Source: Somniosus microcephalus (taxonomy: Eukaryota). From it: 64,000 nt of DNA. Location of the stretch: positions 44,454,001 to 44,518,000 of the forward strand of contig CM126217.1 of assembly GCA_052327205.1 (NCBI GenBank), read 5' to 3'. Below the pieces are notes generated by a model. The model worked only from the letters and a program-made list of their open reading frames with translations. It was not told the origin of the DNA and ran no database searches. Positions 51,438-63,952 of the stretch are shown here, in pieces. A program made the translations under genes and the position numbers. The number at the start of each line of letters is the position of its first letter. Within the stretch, counting starts at the first letter, position 1.

Positions 51438-53024
51438 TAGGTGGGCAGTCTGGCTCTGTGTAGGTGTTGTTTTTGCTTTTGCTGCTAGGAGGTATGGTCT
51501 GACCTGCCAATTTACCCTTTTTCCTTGCAAGGAAGAGTCTGACATCATCTTTGAACCTGTTTATCACAATACTGTTAATAGACCAGAAATTTGCTATGTG
51601 TGCTAAACCTAGTCACAGTGCACTGGAGGGCTGACACTGCTGCCATCTTGTCACTGCTTCCCTGTGTCTTAATCCAGCCTGCCTTAAACACATTGCAAAT
51701 TGTGAGTTACGTCAGTGAACTTTTATTCTCATAGCTATAAAATGCACATGACCCTCAAGAGTTGCACTACCTTTATATTACGGGAATATGCTTTGTGTTG
51801 ATCCGGTGCAAAAGAAACAAGCCTTGGAATAGCAAATCACGTGCATTTCAAACACTTGATCAGGGCAGAGTTCAAATGGAAATGTTCTTGTCATAACAGC
51901 ATTGTAAATTTTAATAACATTGATAAATTTTATGATATAATAAAGGTGACATAACCCACAGCTTTAACCATCTTTATGACTGATAAACTCTTTCACATTT
52001 TTGTTCAGAAGCAATTGCACTTTCAACCATGTGTTACCAAGAAAATATAATGTATTAGACAAAGGTGATGCACAACAAGATAAGAACGGTTATTTCTGAG
52101 AACCAATTATGGATACTTTGGCAGCTGTATTGAGATTTGCAGCTGTGCGATAGAAATGTGCGTGCCACAATAAAGGAAACCTCCTAAGCAGTTTATGATA
52201 AAATATTAGCATAGGCCAAAGTCTTCAACAATTAATTTTAATTGAGTTTCTATATTTAAAGAAATTCTATTTTAAGGTGTGCATTCAAATTGCCTCTAAT
52301 TGTTTATCTCAGTATGGAGCAAGAATAGGAGTTTTTGTGATCCATAAAACATTCTGAAATGACTGCCTAACGAGATTTTTATCCCTATGTAAATATTGAG
52401 GTGTGTAGCTGCATTTAATGATATAGATGCTACAATAGAAAACCTAAACCCATCTACCTATATAATTGCAAACATTGCATCCATAGGGTATCATACCTTG
52501 AAAGTGTATGTTGGGCATTATACTTTAACTACCACTATCTGTTTAGTTAACTATGCTGATTCATTTAAATATTCCACCATCAATGAACAGGTAGGATGAA
52601 GGGATATTTATTAGTCCCAGTCCCTTTAAGGCTACCCCAGATCAGGTGTATTTCTCAGACGTTCACTTTCAACTAAAGTTTGAGGTAGCTGAATCCTAAA
52701 GACGCTTAATTGGGTCTAAAGGTCCGGGCTATCTCTCCCTAAAGGAAAGGAACCACCCAAGAATGTTACCGTCCTCCAGATAGCGCTTTTAATAAGTTTA
52801 GCTAGACTGTAACGTCCTGGATATTATGAGGGTCTGGAAAACTCCCTCAGAATTCTGCAACTCTTCACCAAAGAGTGTACAGAGATTGAATTCATGAGTT
52901 TTTGATACAGAAGACTTATGTGAGACTATTCTAAAAATATATAGAGTTATTAAAAGAACCGACATGCAATTTACAGTTGGTGAATCAGTCAATCGCAACA
53001 TTAACAGAGAGAAAAAAATACTCT

Positions 53025-53752
53025 GGCCTAGAAATTCAGTATAGCCACTTTTGGGGCGGTAAAGTCGGGCGGCCGCTAAAGTTTGCGCCCGGCGCAAAGT
53101 CGAGCCCCCTTCGCCGATATTCAGTCGCATCGCCCTAAGAGGTTGCTGCTGCGCTAAAACAGGCGATGCACGACTATCATTAGGCGCTAAGCCGGCGGCC
53201 CGGGCGCTAACACCGGAAGTTGACGGCAGACACTCTGGCTCCGGTGAGCTCTTAAAGGGGGAGGGTGGATTTGTTTTTTTGAAAGGCCGCGACTGCTGTA
53301 TTTGTGATGTTGGGGAGGGCTTCTCTCCATCAGTTTGTTATGTGGTACCGGCACACCAATCTCCTCCTCCTCCTCCTCCTCCTTGTCTCTCACAAAGTGT
53401 TGCAAAACGGCTGCCTTTTCTACTGCAGGAGTGCCCTTTAATTTGCGCTCCCCGCGGCCCGCCTCGGCTGTGTACCGTTCCACTTCACAGTCGTTCGGGC
53501 CGCCAGACGCACAATGGGGTGGCGCGAGTGAAGTTCCAGTTCCGGGCGCACAAAGGGCGTTGCACGACGAAATGACGTCATGATCTGCGCGCGCAGATGA
53601 GCGCGCGCAATGACTTTGCGCCGGCGCTAAATGTCTACTGAAGTTGGGGCGAGGCGCAGATCGCGCTGCGCCCGGGCGCTAAGCACCTAGCGCTCGAGAT
53701 CTACTCCTCCTAAGGCGCTAACGGCTGGCGCAGCCAACTGAATTTCTAGGCC
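53025..53752. mobile_element. Non-autonomous Harbinger (same TIR family as 2448-3817)
   Basis: Identical 16-bp TIRs; TSD TCT/TAT (one mismatch); subterminal arms homologous to the 2448 copy, interior different. Confidence 0.9.
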
Positions 53753-55091
53753 TATATTTTTAACAGGGAATCTTACTTTTAAATCTTAACTTCACTACAG
53801 TATTATAGGTCTTAAAGTTCTCTTTACAGGAAATCCATCAATATCAAATAACTTTGATCCCCGAGGTACAAAGAGTGGTAGACTACAGAGCCGCCTCTGA
53901 AGCTGAGAATCGCTTTGCCTGATTAAAGCAAGTCTGATATCCCATTTGTGAGTTCAATATTTATACCCTTTTCCAGTGGTATTTCCTTTAAGGTTTTCTG
54001 CTGATGCAAGTTAATTATCTCTATTCATCTTTCTGTCAACTTCTGCAATTCTTACTGCCACATCCGCCAAGAATCTTGTGTCATCTCCAGGTGTTCTATG
54101 GTCACTATATAAAAATGGTGTGAACGGCAGGTGTTCCTTATTTTATGTCATCTTTACGAGGGCAGATATTCCTTATCTTATGTGCCATCTTTACAAAGTT
54201 TAAATTAGAACACCTTATCCAGGGTGAACCATTGCTTTGTTCCCAAAAGATCAGCCTGTCGGAGCCATGCACCTTCTGTTTCAATAAGGTTATTTATTCA
54301 GGGTCAACAACTGTCTTATCTCAATAGCCAGAATGCTTTCATAGCTATTTCATAATTAGGTTTCTAAATTTCCAAACCCAGTTTGTCATGTTTTAATAAG
54401 ACCAAAATTCCTTCATAAGATAGTGTATTTTTCTGAATAGGTTATATGGCTTATTCCTTCACAAGGAAACACTATGACTACCAATCAGGAGCCAGCAACA
54501 GCCATTAAACCAACCAATCAAAACAATGCTTTTCAAGTATTTTGAGCAACCACCTTGGCTGCACACAAACCTGCCACCCCCACATTCAGCTAAATTTAAC
54601 ATACAACATAATAAAAATATGAACAATTTAAAAAAGAGAAAAATAACTAAAATTACCCATAAACACCCATGAAGTGTAATAACTCTCTTCCACATCATTC
54701 TCTCATGGGCCTATGCTTTCTCATGAGCTTGGCTTGGCTCCCTTTCTCTGAAGCATGCTTTACTCACCTGGGCCTTCCTGATTTTTTTCTGTCAAGTCTC
54801 AATGTGTAACAAGGTCTTTGCCCTTCAAAGCCTCATTTAGAGCCTCTATATGTGCAGTCCTTCAGTGCCCTTCAGTGCTGCTTTGAGCATCTGCAGCTCA
54901 GTCCTGGGCAGACTTGCATCTTTTAGATTGTGCACTTTCTCTTCCTCTCCCACTCTACTTTCCTCCACAAGCCTGATATTTCCTCAGCCAGGACTGGCTC
55001 AGCTTTGCTTTTCTTCCTACTTCATTTCCCCCCCATAATTCTGTGTGTTCTCGGCCGTTGCATCTGAGCTTGGGTAGTTCAGAAATAGGAA

Positions 55092-56686
55092 GGATCAGAC
55101 TGGGGGAAATGGATCAGACCGGGGGAAATGGATCAGACCGGGGGAAATGGATCAGACTGGGGGAAATGGATCAGACCGGGGGAAATGGATCAGACCGGGG
55201 GGAAATGGATCAGACCGGGGGAAATGGATCAGACCGGGGGAAATGGATCAGACCGGGGGAAATGGATCAGACCGGGGGAAATGGATCAGACCGGGGAAAT
55301 GGATCAGACCGGGGGAAATGGAACAGACTGGGGGAAATGGATCAGACCGGGGGAAAATGGATCAGACCGGGGGAAATGGATCAGACTGGGGGAAATGGAT
55401 CAGACCGGGGGGAAATGGATCAGACCGGGGGGAAATGGATCAGACCGGGGGAAATGGATCAGACCGGGGGAAATGGAACAGACCGGGGGAAATGGAACAG
55501 ACCGGGGGGAAATGGATCAGACTGGGGGGAAATGGATCAGACCGGGGGGAAATGGATCAGACCGGGGGGAAATGGATCAGACCGGGGGAAATGGAACAGA
55601 CCGGGGGAAATGGAACAGACCGGGGGGAAATGGATCAGACCGGGGGGAAATGGATCAGACCGGGGGGAAATGGATCAGACCGGGGGAAATGGAACAGACC
55701 GGGGGAAATGGATCAGACCGGGGGGAAATGGATCAGACCGGGGGGAAATGGATCAGACCGGGGGGAAATGGATCAGACCGGGGGGAAATGGATCAGACCG
55801 GGGGGAAATGGATCAGACCGGGGGGAAATGGATCAGACCGGGGGGAAATGGATCAGACCGGGGGGAAATGGATCAGACCGGGGGAAATGGATCAGACCGG
55901 GGGGAAATGGATCAGACCGGGGGGAAATGGATCAGACCGGGGGGAAATGGATCAGACCGGGGGGAAATGGATCAGACCGGGGGGAAATGGATCAGACCGG
56001 GGGAAGTGGAACAGACCGGGGGAAATGGAACAGACCGGGGGAAATGGAACAGACCGGGGGGAAATGGATCAGACCGGGGGGAAATGGATCAGACCGGGGG
56101 GAAATGGATCAGACCGGGGGAAATGGAACAGACCGGGGGAAATGGATCAGACCGGGGGGAAATGGATCAGACCGGGGGGAAATGGATCAGACCGGGGGGA
56201 AATGGATCAGACCGGGGGGAAATGGATCAGACCGGGGGGAAATGGATCAGACCGGGGGAAATGGATCAGACCGGGGGAAATGGATCAGACCGGGGGGAAA
56301 TGGAACAGACCGGGGGGAAATGGATCAGACCGGGGGAAATGGATCAGACCGGGGGAAATGGATCAGACCGGGGGAAATGGATCAGACCGGGGGAAATGGA
56401 TCAGACCGGGGGAAATGGATCAGACCGGGGGAAATGGAACAGACCGGGGGAAATGGAACAGACCGGGGGAAATGGATCAGACCGGGGGAAATGGAACAGA
56501 CCGGGGGGAAATGGATCAGACCGGGGGGAAATGGATCAGACCGGGGGCAATGGAACAGACCGGGGGAAATGGATCAGACCGGGGGGAAATGGATCAGACC
56601 GGGGGAAATGGATCAGACCGGGGGAAATGGAACAGACCGGGGGAAATGGATCAGACCAGGGGAAATGGATCAGACCGGGGGAAATG
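55092..56686. repeat. Minisatellite, 19-20-bp unit GGA(T/A)CAGACCG(5-6)AAAT, roughly 80 copies
   Basis: Direct tandem array immediately 5' of a CR1 ORF2 start; no stop codons on +, hence three long repetitive ORFs. Confidence 0.97.
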
Positions 56687-56858
56687 CAAGGCAGACTAAG
56701 ATTGGTTTGAAGTGCATGTGCATAAATGCACAGAGCGTGATAAAAAAGGATGGTGAGCTGCAGGCACCAGTAGGCACATGGGATTATGATATAGTGGCAA
56801 TAACAGACACCTGGCTCAAATAAGGGAAGAATGAACACTTAATATTCCTGGATACAAT

Positions 56859-57699
56859 GGGCTCGATTTTCCAAGTCCCGAGGAGGCGGACATGGAGGTG
56901 GGACAGCACGTAAAATTGGAGAAATTGGGGGCGGGTGGCAAACTCGCCCCCATCCCGCGTCCGTGCCCTTTTGCCAGGAGGCGGGAAGATGTGCAGCTTC
57001 GGGTCCCTGGAGGCAGGAAAGGCTTTTAATCCTTTTAACTGCCTGTTAACAGGTAGTTAACAGGCAGAAAAAGGGATCAGTGCCATTTTACCTTCACAGG
57101 TGAAGGCTTCCCGACCTTGGAGAACCCCGCCGGGTTGGAGGAGACGTGGAGGAGGTCTGCGGCGGTCAGAGGCACCTGGAAGTAAGGTGTAGAGGTGAGT
57201 GATGGGTGCAAGTGTGGAGTGGTAAGTATGCAAGGTGAGTGATAAGTTTAAAAACGTGTTCACTTACCTTTTTTTTACTTCTGTAGCCTTTAGCCGTGCT
57301 GGATCAGGAGAGTGGACATCCACCGTGTCAATTTTAGGTAATGGCTGATGGACCCTCCAATCCATCAGACATCTGTTTTTTTACTTTTTTACAATGTTTT
57401 TTCAGTCTCACCACAAAAACGAATCAAACTCAAGAGAATGTCAGTGTTTGACAGCTTCACAGAGCTGTCAAACGCTGTCATTTCTTCTTTCAAGAAGTCT
57501 TGACAGATAGCATGTCAGATGTTGACGTGATCTGTCAGTAACTTCTTCCCTAATTGGCTGGCTGAGCCCGCCAGGCGGGCTTAACAATCTCAATCAGGGG
57601 AAAATCCCTCTGAATGGTCAGGTGAGGATGGAGGCGGGACATTGACACGACAAGCAGCAGTCCCGCCTCCAAGTTGCCTCCATTGACAAAATCCAGCCC
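56859..57699. mobile_element. Non-autonomous Harbinger-like element (family B, copy 2)
   Basis: GGGCTCGATTTT...AAAATCCAGCCC TIRs, perfect 3-bp TSD AAT; the CR1 frame (GY-N-VF) rejoins across it. Confidence 0.9.
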
Positions 57700-57764
57700 A
57701 ATGTATTCAGGAAAGGTAGGAAAGGAAATAAATGAGGGGGGTGGTAGTATTGATCAAAGATACT

Positions 57765-59500
57765 GGCCAGAATTTTCTGGGGTGTCAGCGGGTGGAATCG
57801 GTGGCGGGTCGGGTAGGAAAGTGTTTTTTTTTCCACAGTGGGTTGGGAACCCGCCGTCATCCCGGCGCGACGCGCCTTTCCCAATGTCAGGTCTGTCAGC
57901 GCTGAGCAGACCCGACAGGCAGTGGTGGGCGATAAATTAAACTCATTATAATGTACTTAACAGACCCTCAACAGGCTTTTTTAACTTAAACTTCATGGCC
58001 ATGGGAACCATGCTGTTCAGGAACCACGCCTGTCAACCTGAGGCGGGAGTTCAGTGGCCATTGCTCCAGCTGATTACAACAGCTTCAAATGTACAATAAA
58101 AGCTCCCACCTGACAGATCATCACTTTCATCAGCCACAAGCTGTTTCTCAGTCCATTTCCAGCACAGATTCTGCAGGCTTTCCACTTCCCACTTTCCACC
58201 CACTCTCACCACATTGGAAGAATTCTCTCACCATTGACAGAATGCTTCTGTCATCTCTACTTCACCTGCCATCTATTCCATCAACATGGGTGCCCTGTAT
58301 ACTGTCTAACCTTGGTCCTCAGAATCTGACCACGATCAGCCCCAACATCAGCAGCACCAGGCACACCAACAGCACCAACAACAACACCAACCTTCTCCAC
58401 AATCACCTGATGCTGCACAGGACACAGGGCATCAGCACCCAAGCACATTGCTGCCCGGGAGGCCAGGGATGGCCTCACCATGGCCAGATTTACTTCACTT
58501 GACGCTGTACACCCTGGCTCCACATGATGCGCCAGGTTGGCACTACCCCACACCAACACCATAAAGCATCCCTACAATGTCCAAGCCATTTCTTTCACAC
58601 TCATCACCACTGTGGGGGGTACCGTTATGTCTCACCATTCACTGCAACTCACTAAGCCACTTCCAAAGGTGCACACAAATCTGTCCAAGAACGGAAAGTG
58701 TTGAAAATAAAGGTTTCAATGTTTGACAGCACATTAACAGAAACTTTACATGAACATTGGATAAAACACCCAATTGCCTACCCTTGTGTGTTGTTAGTTG
58801 GTATGATTGCACTAGGATGAGGGTGAGTGTGAGGGGTGGCTAGTAAGATGGGGATGTGATAATGTAGATAGAGAGGGATGGGTGGAGGTGCAAGGTAAGT
58901 TGGTGTGAGAAAGGATGTGCAGGAGTAGGGTAAGGAAGGCAGAGTGATGGAGATGTGATGAGAAGCACAGGAGGATGAAGGTGAGTGTGGCTTTGTACTA
59001 ATGTTTCGTGATCTAATGAGATCATTGAAAGGTTTGCAGCACTGCACCCAGGTCCTCCTGATGACATCCCTGCTTGTGACCTCCTCTGCAATGTGCAACC
59101 AGCCTGTGTTGGTCTTCTGGGGAGGTCTCTTCCACCCATGGGAAGGGAAGAGGACCTCCCTGTGTATGTGAGGCAGTTGTGGAAGAACCTGGGTGCAGCC
59201 CTGCACCTCTGTGCAGTGATTGTCAGTGTTTGCAGCACTTCAGTGTTACAGAACACTGACAGCACAAACGTCAAAAGTAAGGTGGCCATGGACCCTTTAA
59301 GGAAGCTGGCTGATGACACATCATGAATGACGTCACCAGACCCACTTCCTCTAATTGGGCCGGGAAACGCGCTGGGTGGGCTTAACAAGCCCAATCAACG
59401 TAAATTCATTTTGAACAGCGGGATGGAGCCAGCAGCGGGGCCGCGACCCACCACCGACATCGCCCGCTCCAGACCCGCCCAGGTGAGCAAAATCCTGGTT
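57765..59500. mobile_element. Harbinger deletion derivative carrying a Myb/SANT gene remnant
   Basis: TIRs GGCCAGAATTTT / AAAATCCTGGTT, 3-bp TSD ACT, nested in CR1. Confidence 0.85.
59000..59210 (-). pseudogene. Harbinger Myb/SANT-like (trihelix) DNA-binding protein, first exon, frameshifted
   Basis: RAAPRF + REVLFPSHGWKRPPQKTNTGWLHIAEEVTSRDVIRRTWVQCCKPFNDL, matching the W..IA.EV.......R...QC.K..NDL pattern. Confidence 0.8.
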
Positions 59501-61667
59501 ACTGTTACAGCACTAGACAGGGATGATGCACTTGAAGATTCAAAGACAGAATATATTTGGTTAGAATTAAAGAACAATTGAGCAGCTGTTATACTGCTGG
59601 GTGTATATTATAGGCCACCTAATAGTGGGAAGGAGGTAGAGGAGCAAATTTGCAGGCAAATTGCAGAAAGATGCAAGAACTACAGAGTAGTGATATTGGG
59701 GGGACTTCAATTATTCTAATATAGACGGAGAAAATAACAGTGTAAAGGGCAAAGATGGAGAGGAATTCCTGAAATGTGTACAAGAGAATTTTCTTGATCT
59801 GTATATTTCTAGCCCAACAAGGAAGAAAGCAGTGCTGGGTCTACTTCTGGGTAATGAAGTTGGGCAAGTGGAGCGTATTTCATTGGGGGTGCATTTGGGG
59901 AACAGTGATCACAATATCATTAGGTTTAGAGTAGTTATGGAAAAGGACAAGGAAATATCAAATGTGAAAATGCTTAACTGGAGGAGAGCTAATTTCAGTG
60001 AGTTGAAAAGGGATCTGGCCAATGTGGATTGGAATCAAAGATTGGCAGGTAAAATAGTTAATGAACAATGGGAGGCCTTCAAAGAGGAGGTAGTTCGGGT
60101 ACAGACTAGACACATTCCCACGAGGGGAAAAGGAAGAGCATCCAAAGCTCAAGCTCCCTGAATGACTAAAGATATAGAGGTTTAAATGAGATAGAAAAAT
60201 GAGGCTTATGACAATTGTAAGGTTCATAATACAGTAGAAAACCAAGCTGAATACAGAAAGTACAGAGAAGATCTACAAAAGGGAATAAGAGGGGCAAAGA
60301 GAGAGTACGAGAATAGATTAGTGGCTAACCTAAAAGGGAACTCAAACATCTTTTATAAACACATCAATAGTAAAAGGGTAGTCAAAGGAAGGGGTGGGGC
60401 CAATTAGGGATCAAAAAAGAGATCTTGTGGAGGCAGAGGGCATGGCTGAGGTAATAAATGAGTACTTTGCATCTTCTTCACTAGAGAAGAGAATGCAGTA
60501 AAGGAGAAGGCAGTAGTAATATTGGATAGGATGAAAATAGATAAAGAGGATGTACTTAAAAGGTTGGCAGCCCTCAAAGTAGAAAAGTCACCCGGTTCGG
60601 ATGGGTTGCATCCTAGGTTACTGAGGTAGGTAAGGGTGGAAATTGCGAAGGCTCTGGCCACAATATTCCAATTCCAATATGGGAGTGGTACCACAGGATT
60701 GGAGGATTGCAAATGTTATGCCCCTGTTCACAAAAGGAAGAGGGATAAACCCAGCAAATACGGGCCAGTCAGCCTAATGTCGGTGGTGGGGAAACTTTTA
60801 GAGACAATAATCTGAGACAAAATGATTTGGCACTTGGAAAAATATATGGCTTAATAAATGATAGCTGGCATGGATTTGTTAAAGGCAAATCGTGTTTGAC
60901 TAACTTGATCGTGTTCTTTGAAGTAACAGAGAGGGTTGGTGAGGGTAGTGTGGTTGATGTGTATTTGGACTTCCAAAAGGCGTTTGATAAAGTACCACAT
61001 AATAGACTTTTTAGCAAAATTGAAGCCCATGGGATTAAAGGGGCAGTGGCTGCGTGGATATGAAATTGGCTAAGGGAAAGAAAACAAAGAGTAGTGGTTA
61101 ATGGTTGTTTTTCAGACTGGAAGGAAGAGTGCAGTGTTGTCCCCTAGGGGTCGGTGTTGGGACCACTGCTCTTTTTGATATATATTAATGACCTGGACTT
61201 GGATATACAGGGCATAATTTCATCGTTTGCAGATGATACAAAACTCTGAAATGTAGTAAACAGTGAGGAGGATAGTAAACATTTTCATGAGGACATAGAC
61301 AGACTGGTGAAATGAGCAGACACATGGCAGATGAAATTTAATGCAGAGAAGTGTGAAATGATTCATTTTGGTAGAAAGAATGAGGAGAGGCAATATGAAC
61401 TAAATGGTACAATTTTAAATGGGGTGCATGAACAGAGAGACCTGAGGGTGTATGGACACAAACCTTTGAAGGTGACAGGACAAGTTGAGAAAGCTGTTAA
61501 AAAAGCATACGGGATCCTTGGCTTTATAAATAAAGGCATAGAATACAAAAGCAAAGAAGTTATGCTAAACTTTTATAGAACACTGGTTAGGCCTTGGAGC
61601 AGAGACGATTAATGGGAGATTTGATAGAGGTGTTCAATATTCTGAAGGGTTTTAATAGAGTAAATCA

Positions 61668-62610
61668 CAGAATCATAGAAACCTACAGCACAGGAGGAGG
61701 CCATTCGGCCCATTGTGCCTGTGCTGGCTCTTTGAAAGAGCAGTTGTGCTTAGTCCCGCCCACCCCCCACTTTTTGTCGGTAACCCTGTAAGTTCCTCCT
61801 CCTCAAGTACTGTCCAACTCTCTTTTAAAATTATTTATGGAATCAGCTTCCACCACCTTTTCAGGTAGAGCATTCCAGATCCTGACAACTCTGAGTGAAA
61901 AAAATCTCCTTATTTCCGCTCTAGGTCTTTTGCCAATGAACTTAAATCTATGATCTCTAGTTAGTGACCCACTCACTATCTTCTCTGTCAAAACCTCTCA
62001 TCATCTTGAAAACCTCTATTAGGTCATCTCTAAAACTTCTCTTTTCCAACCTCTCCTCATAACTAAAGTCCCTCATCCCTGGTAACATCCTGGTAATCCT
62101 CCTCTGTACCGTTTCTAAGGCCTTTACATCTTTCCTGAAGTGCGGTGCCCAGAATTGTCCACAATACTCCAGCTGAGGCCTAACCAGTGATTTATAAAGT
62201 TCGAGCATGAACTTTTTCCTTTTATATTCTATTCCTCTATTTATAAACCCAAGGAACCCATGTGCTTTTTTAACCACCTTATCAACTTGCCCTGCCACCT
62301 TTAAGGATTTGTGTATATGAACACCAAGGTCTCTCTGCTCATCTATTTTTCAAAATCGTGCCATGTATAGTGTACTGTCTTTCCATATTATTCCTCCCAA
62401 AGTACATCACTTCACACTTCCCTGCATTGAACGCCATCTGCCATGCTTCTGCCCATTTCACCATCCTGTCTTATCTTGAAACCTATAACTGTCCTCATCA
62501 TGATCTATCTACTACTTTGCCAAGTTTTGTATCATCTGCAAACCTTATAATGCTGCTCCCTACTCCCGCGTCTAGGTCGTTTATAAAAATTGAAAAGAGT
62601 ACTGGACCCA
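61668..62610 (-). mobile_element. CR1 3' fragment inserted antisense into the long CR1
   Basis: LGPVLFSIFINDLD...FADDTKL, RPQLEYCGQFWAP, WNALP; tail ATCATAGAA at 61670. Confidence 0.85.
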
Positions 62611-63604
62611 AACTGAATAAGGAGAAACTGTTTCCACTGACAGAAGGGTTGATACCAGAGGACACAGATTTAAGGTAATTGACCAAAGAAGCAGAGGTGA
62701 CATGAGGAAAAACATTTTTACACAGCGAGTTGTTATGATCTGGAATGCACTGCCTGAAAGGGTGGTGGACGCAGATTTAATAATAACTTTCAAAAGGAAA
62801 TTGGATAAATACTTGAAGGGTTAACTATTGCAGGGCTATGGGGAAAAAGCAGGAGAGTGGAACTAATTGGGTAGCTTTTTCAAAGAGCCGGCACAGGCCT
62901 CCTTCTGCGCTGTATCATTCTAGGATTTTCTGAATCCTCTTTCCCCAACCATCTTTTGGAACAGTGAATGTATTCATTAACGCGGTCATACGAGGGAATC
63001 TCTCGTACATGCTAACTCATAGTATCCACTATATAATCTGATCTGTTGAAAGGATCATAGCTGTTACTAGAAAAAAAATTTAGAAGCAAAAAATATTTTG
63101 CTTCTAACATGCACGTTGATACTGCTGCCATATTTCATTGAACAGGAGCTTTGGGTATAACATACCAGGCAAATTCCAGATTTCCTCTATAGAATGATCA
63201 GACACAGTCACAATAATATAATAAGAATTTGAATGTTAGCCAGCATTTTGACCACCCATCTATAAAGATCACCCAGTCAATCCCAAAGCTGGCTGTTGTG
63301 AATGCAATTCACGGCTCCTACTATCAGGAGTTTACAGGAATCATACAAAATGAAGAACATCTTACTTTGTGACCTGAGAAGAAAGGGTCTTGCTTGCAGC
63401 CTCCCACTTTCTGTATCCTTTGTAGACTTGTGTACAATACTGTATTTAACTGAGTGGAGGAGGGAAGAGCAAGAGAACACTACATTCTGCAGCCTTCAGT
63501 AAAATAATCCATTTATTCGTAGAATATACTTAAATGATACAAAAAAATAGCAATAGCATTTACTGATAGGATGGTTGCATTCCTTATTTTCTGTCTTTTT
63601 GGGG

Positions 63605-63952
63605 AAGAGATGACTTTCACTATCTGAATTGAATCTGAATTCATGTCCCAGAGGGGAAGGGAAAGTGAGCTAACACACTGTGACACTCAGTCGCTCATCA
63701 AAGAGCAGTCTTAATTTAATCTTTCTGGGCTCAGTTTGAACCTGTACCCCAAAGGTGAAATAGCAGTGTTCGAACAGACTGTGACACCCAGTCCTTCAGC
63801 AATAAACCAGAGAGCTTCATTTCATCTGTCTGGGTCAGATTTAACCCATGCCCCAAAGGGCAAAGGAAAATGTTTGAATATTCGGTGACACCCAGTCACC
63901 ATTAAAGTGCGGAGATATTTGTTTAATTTATCTGGGCTGAATTTGAACACAT
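63605..63952 (-). repeat. Diverged tandem array (about 101-104-bp period, about 3.5 units) of tRNA-like/SINE-head sequence
   Basis: GTGACAC(T/C)CAGTC at 63680, 63781 and 63885; TCTGGG...TTTGAAC(C/A) recurs; the minus strand has B-box-like GGTTCAAAC. Confidence 0.65.

Larger units (their letters stand above)
56687..62930 (+). mobile_element. Long decayed CR1 LINE (ORF2 endonuclease + RT + 3' end) with three nested insertions
   Basis: LKCMCINAQSV...DIVAITDTWL...NIPGYNVFRK, EYIWLEL, YRPP, LGNSDHNII, HGFVKGKSCLTNL, YLDFQKAFDKVPH, FADDTKL, 3' tail at about 62900-62930; many stops and frameshifts. Confidence 0.92.

Noticed and set aside
55043-56823. Three ORFs of more than 500 aa as real repeat proteins
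   Set aside because: All arise from a stop-free 19-20-bp minisatellite; frames interconvert with G-run length; no promoter or splice support.
63080-63107. Perfect 12-bp hairpin TTAGAAGCAAAA-AATA-TTTTGCTTCTAA
   Set aside because: Short, AT-rich and isolated; no supporting context for function.
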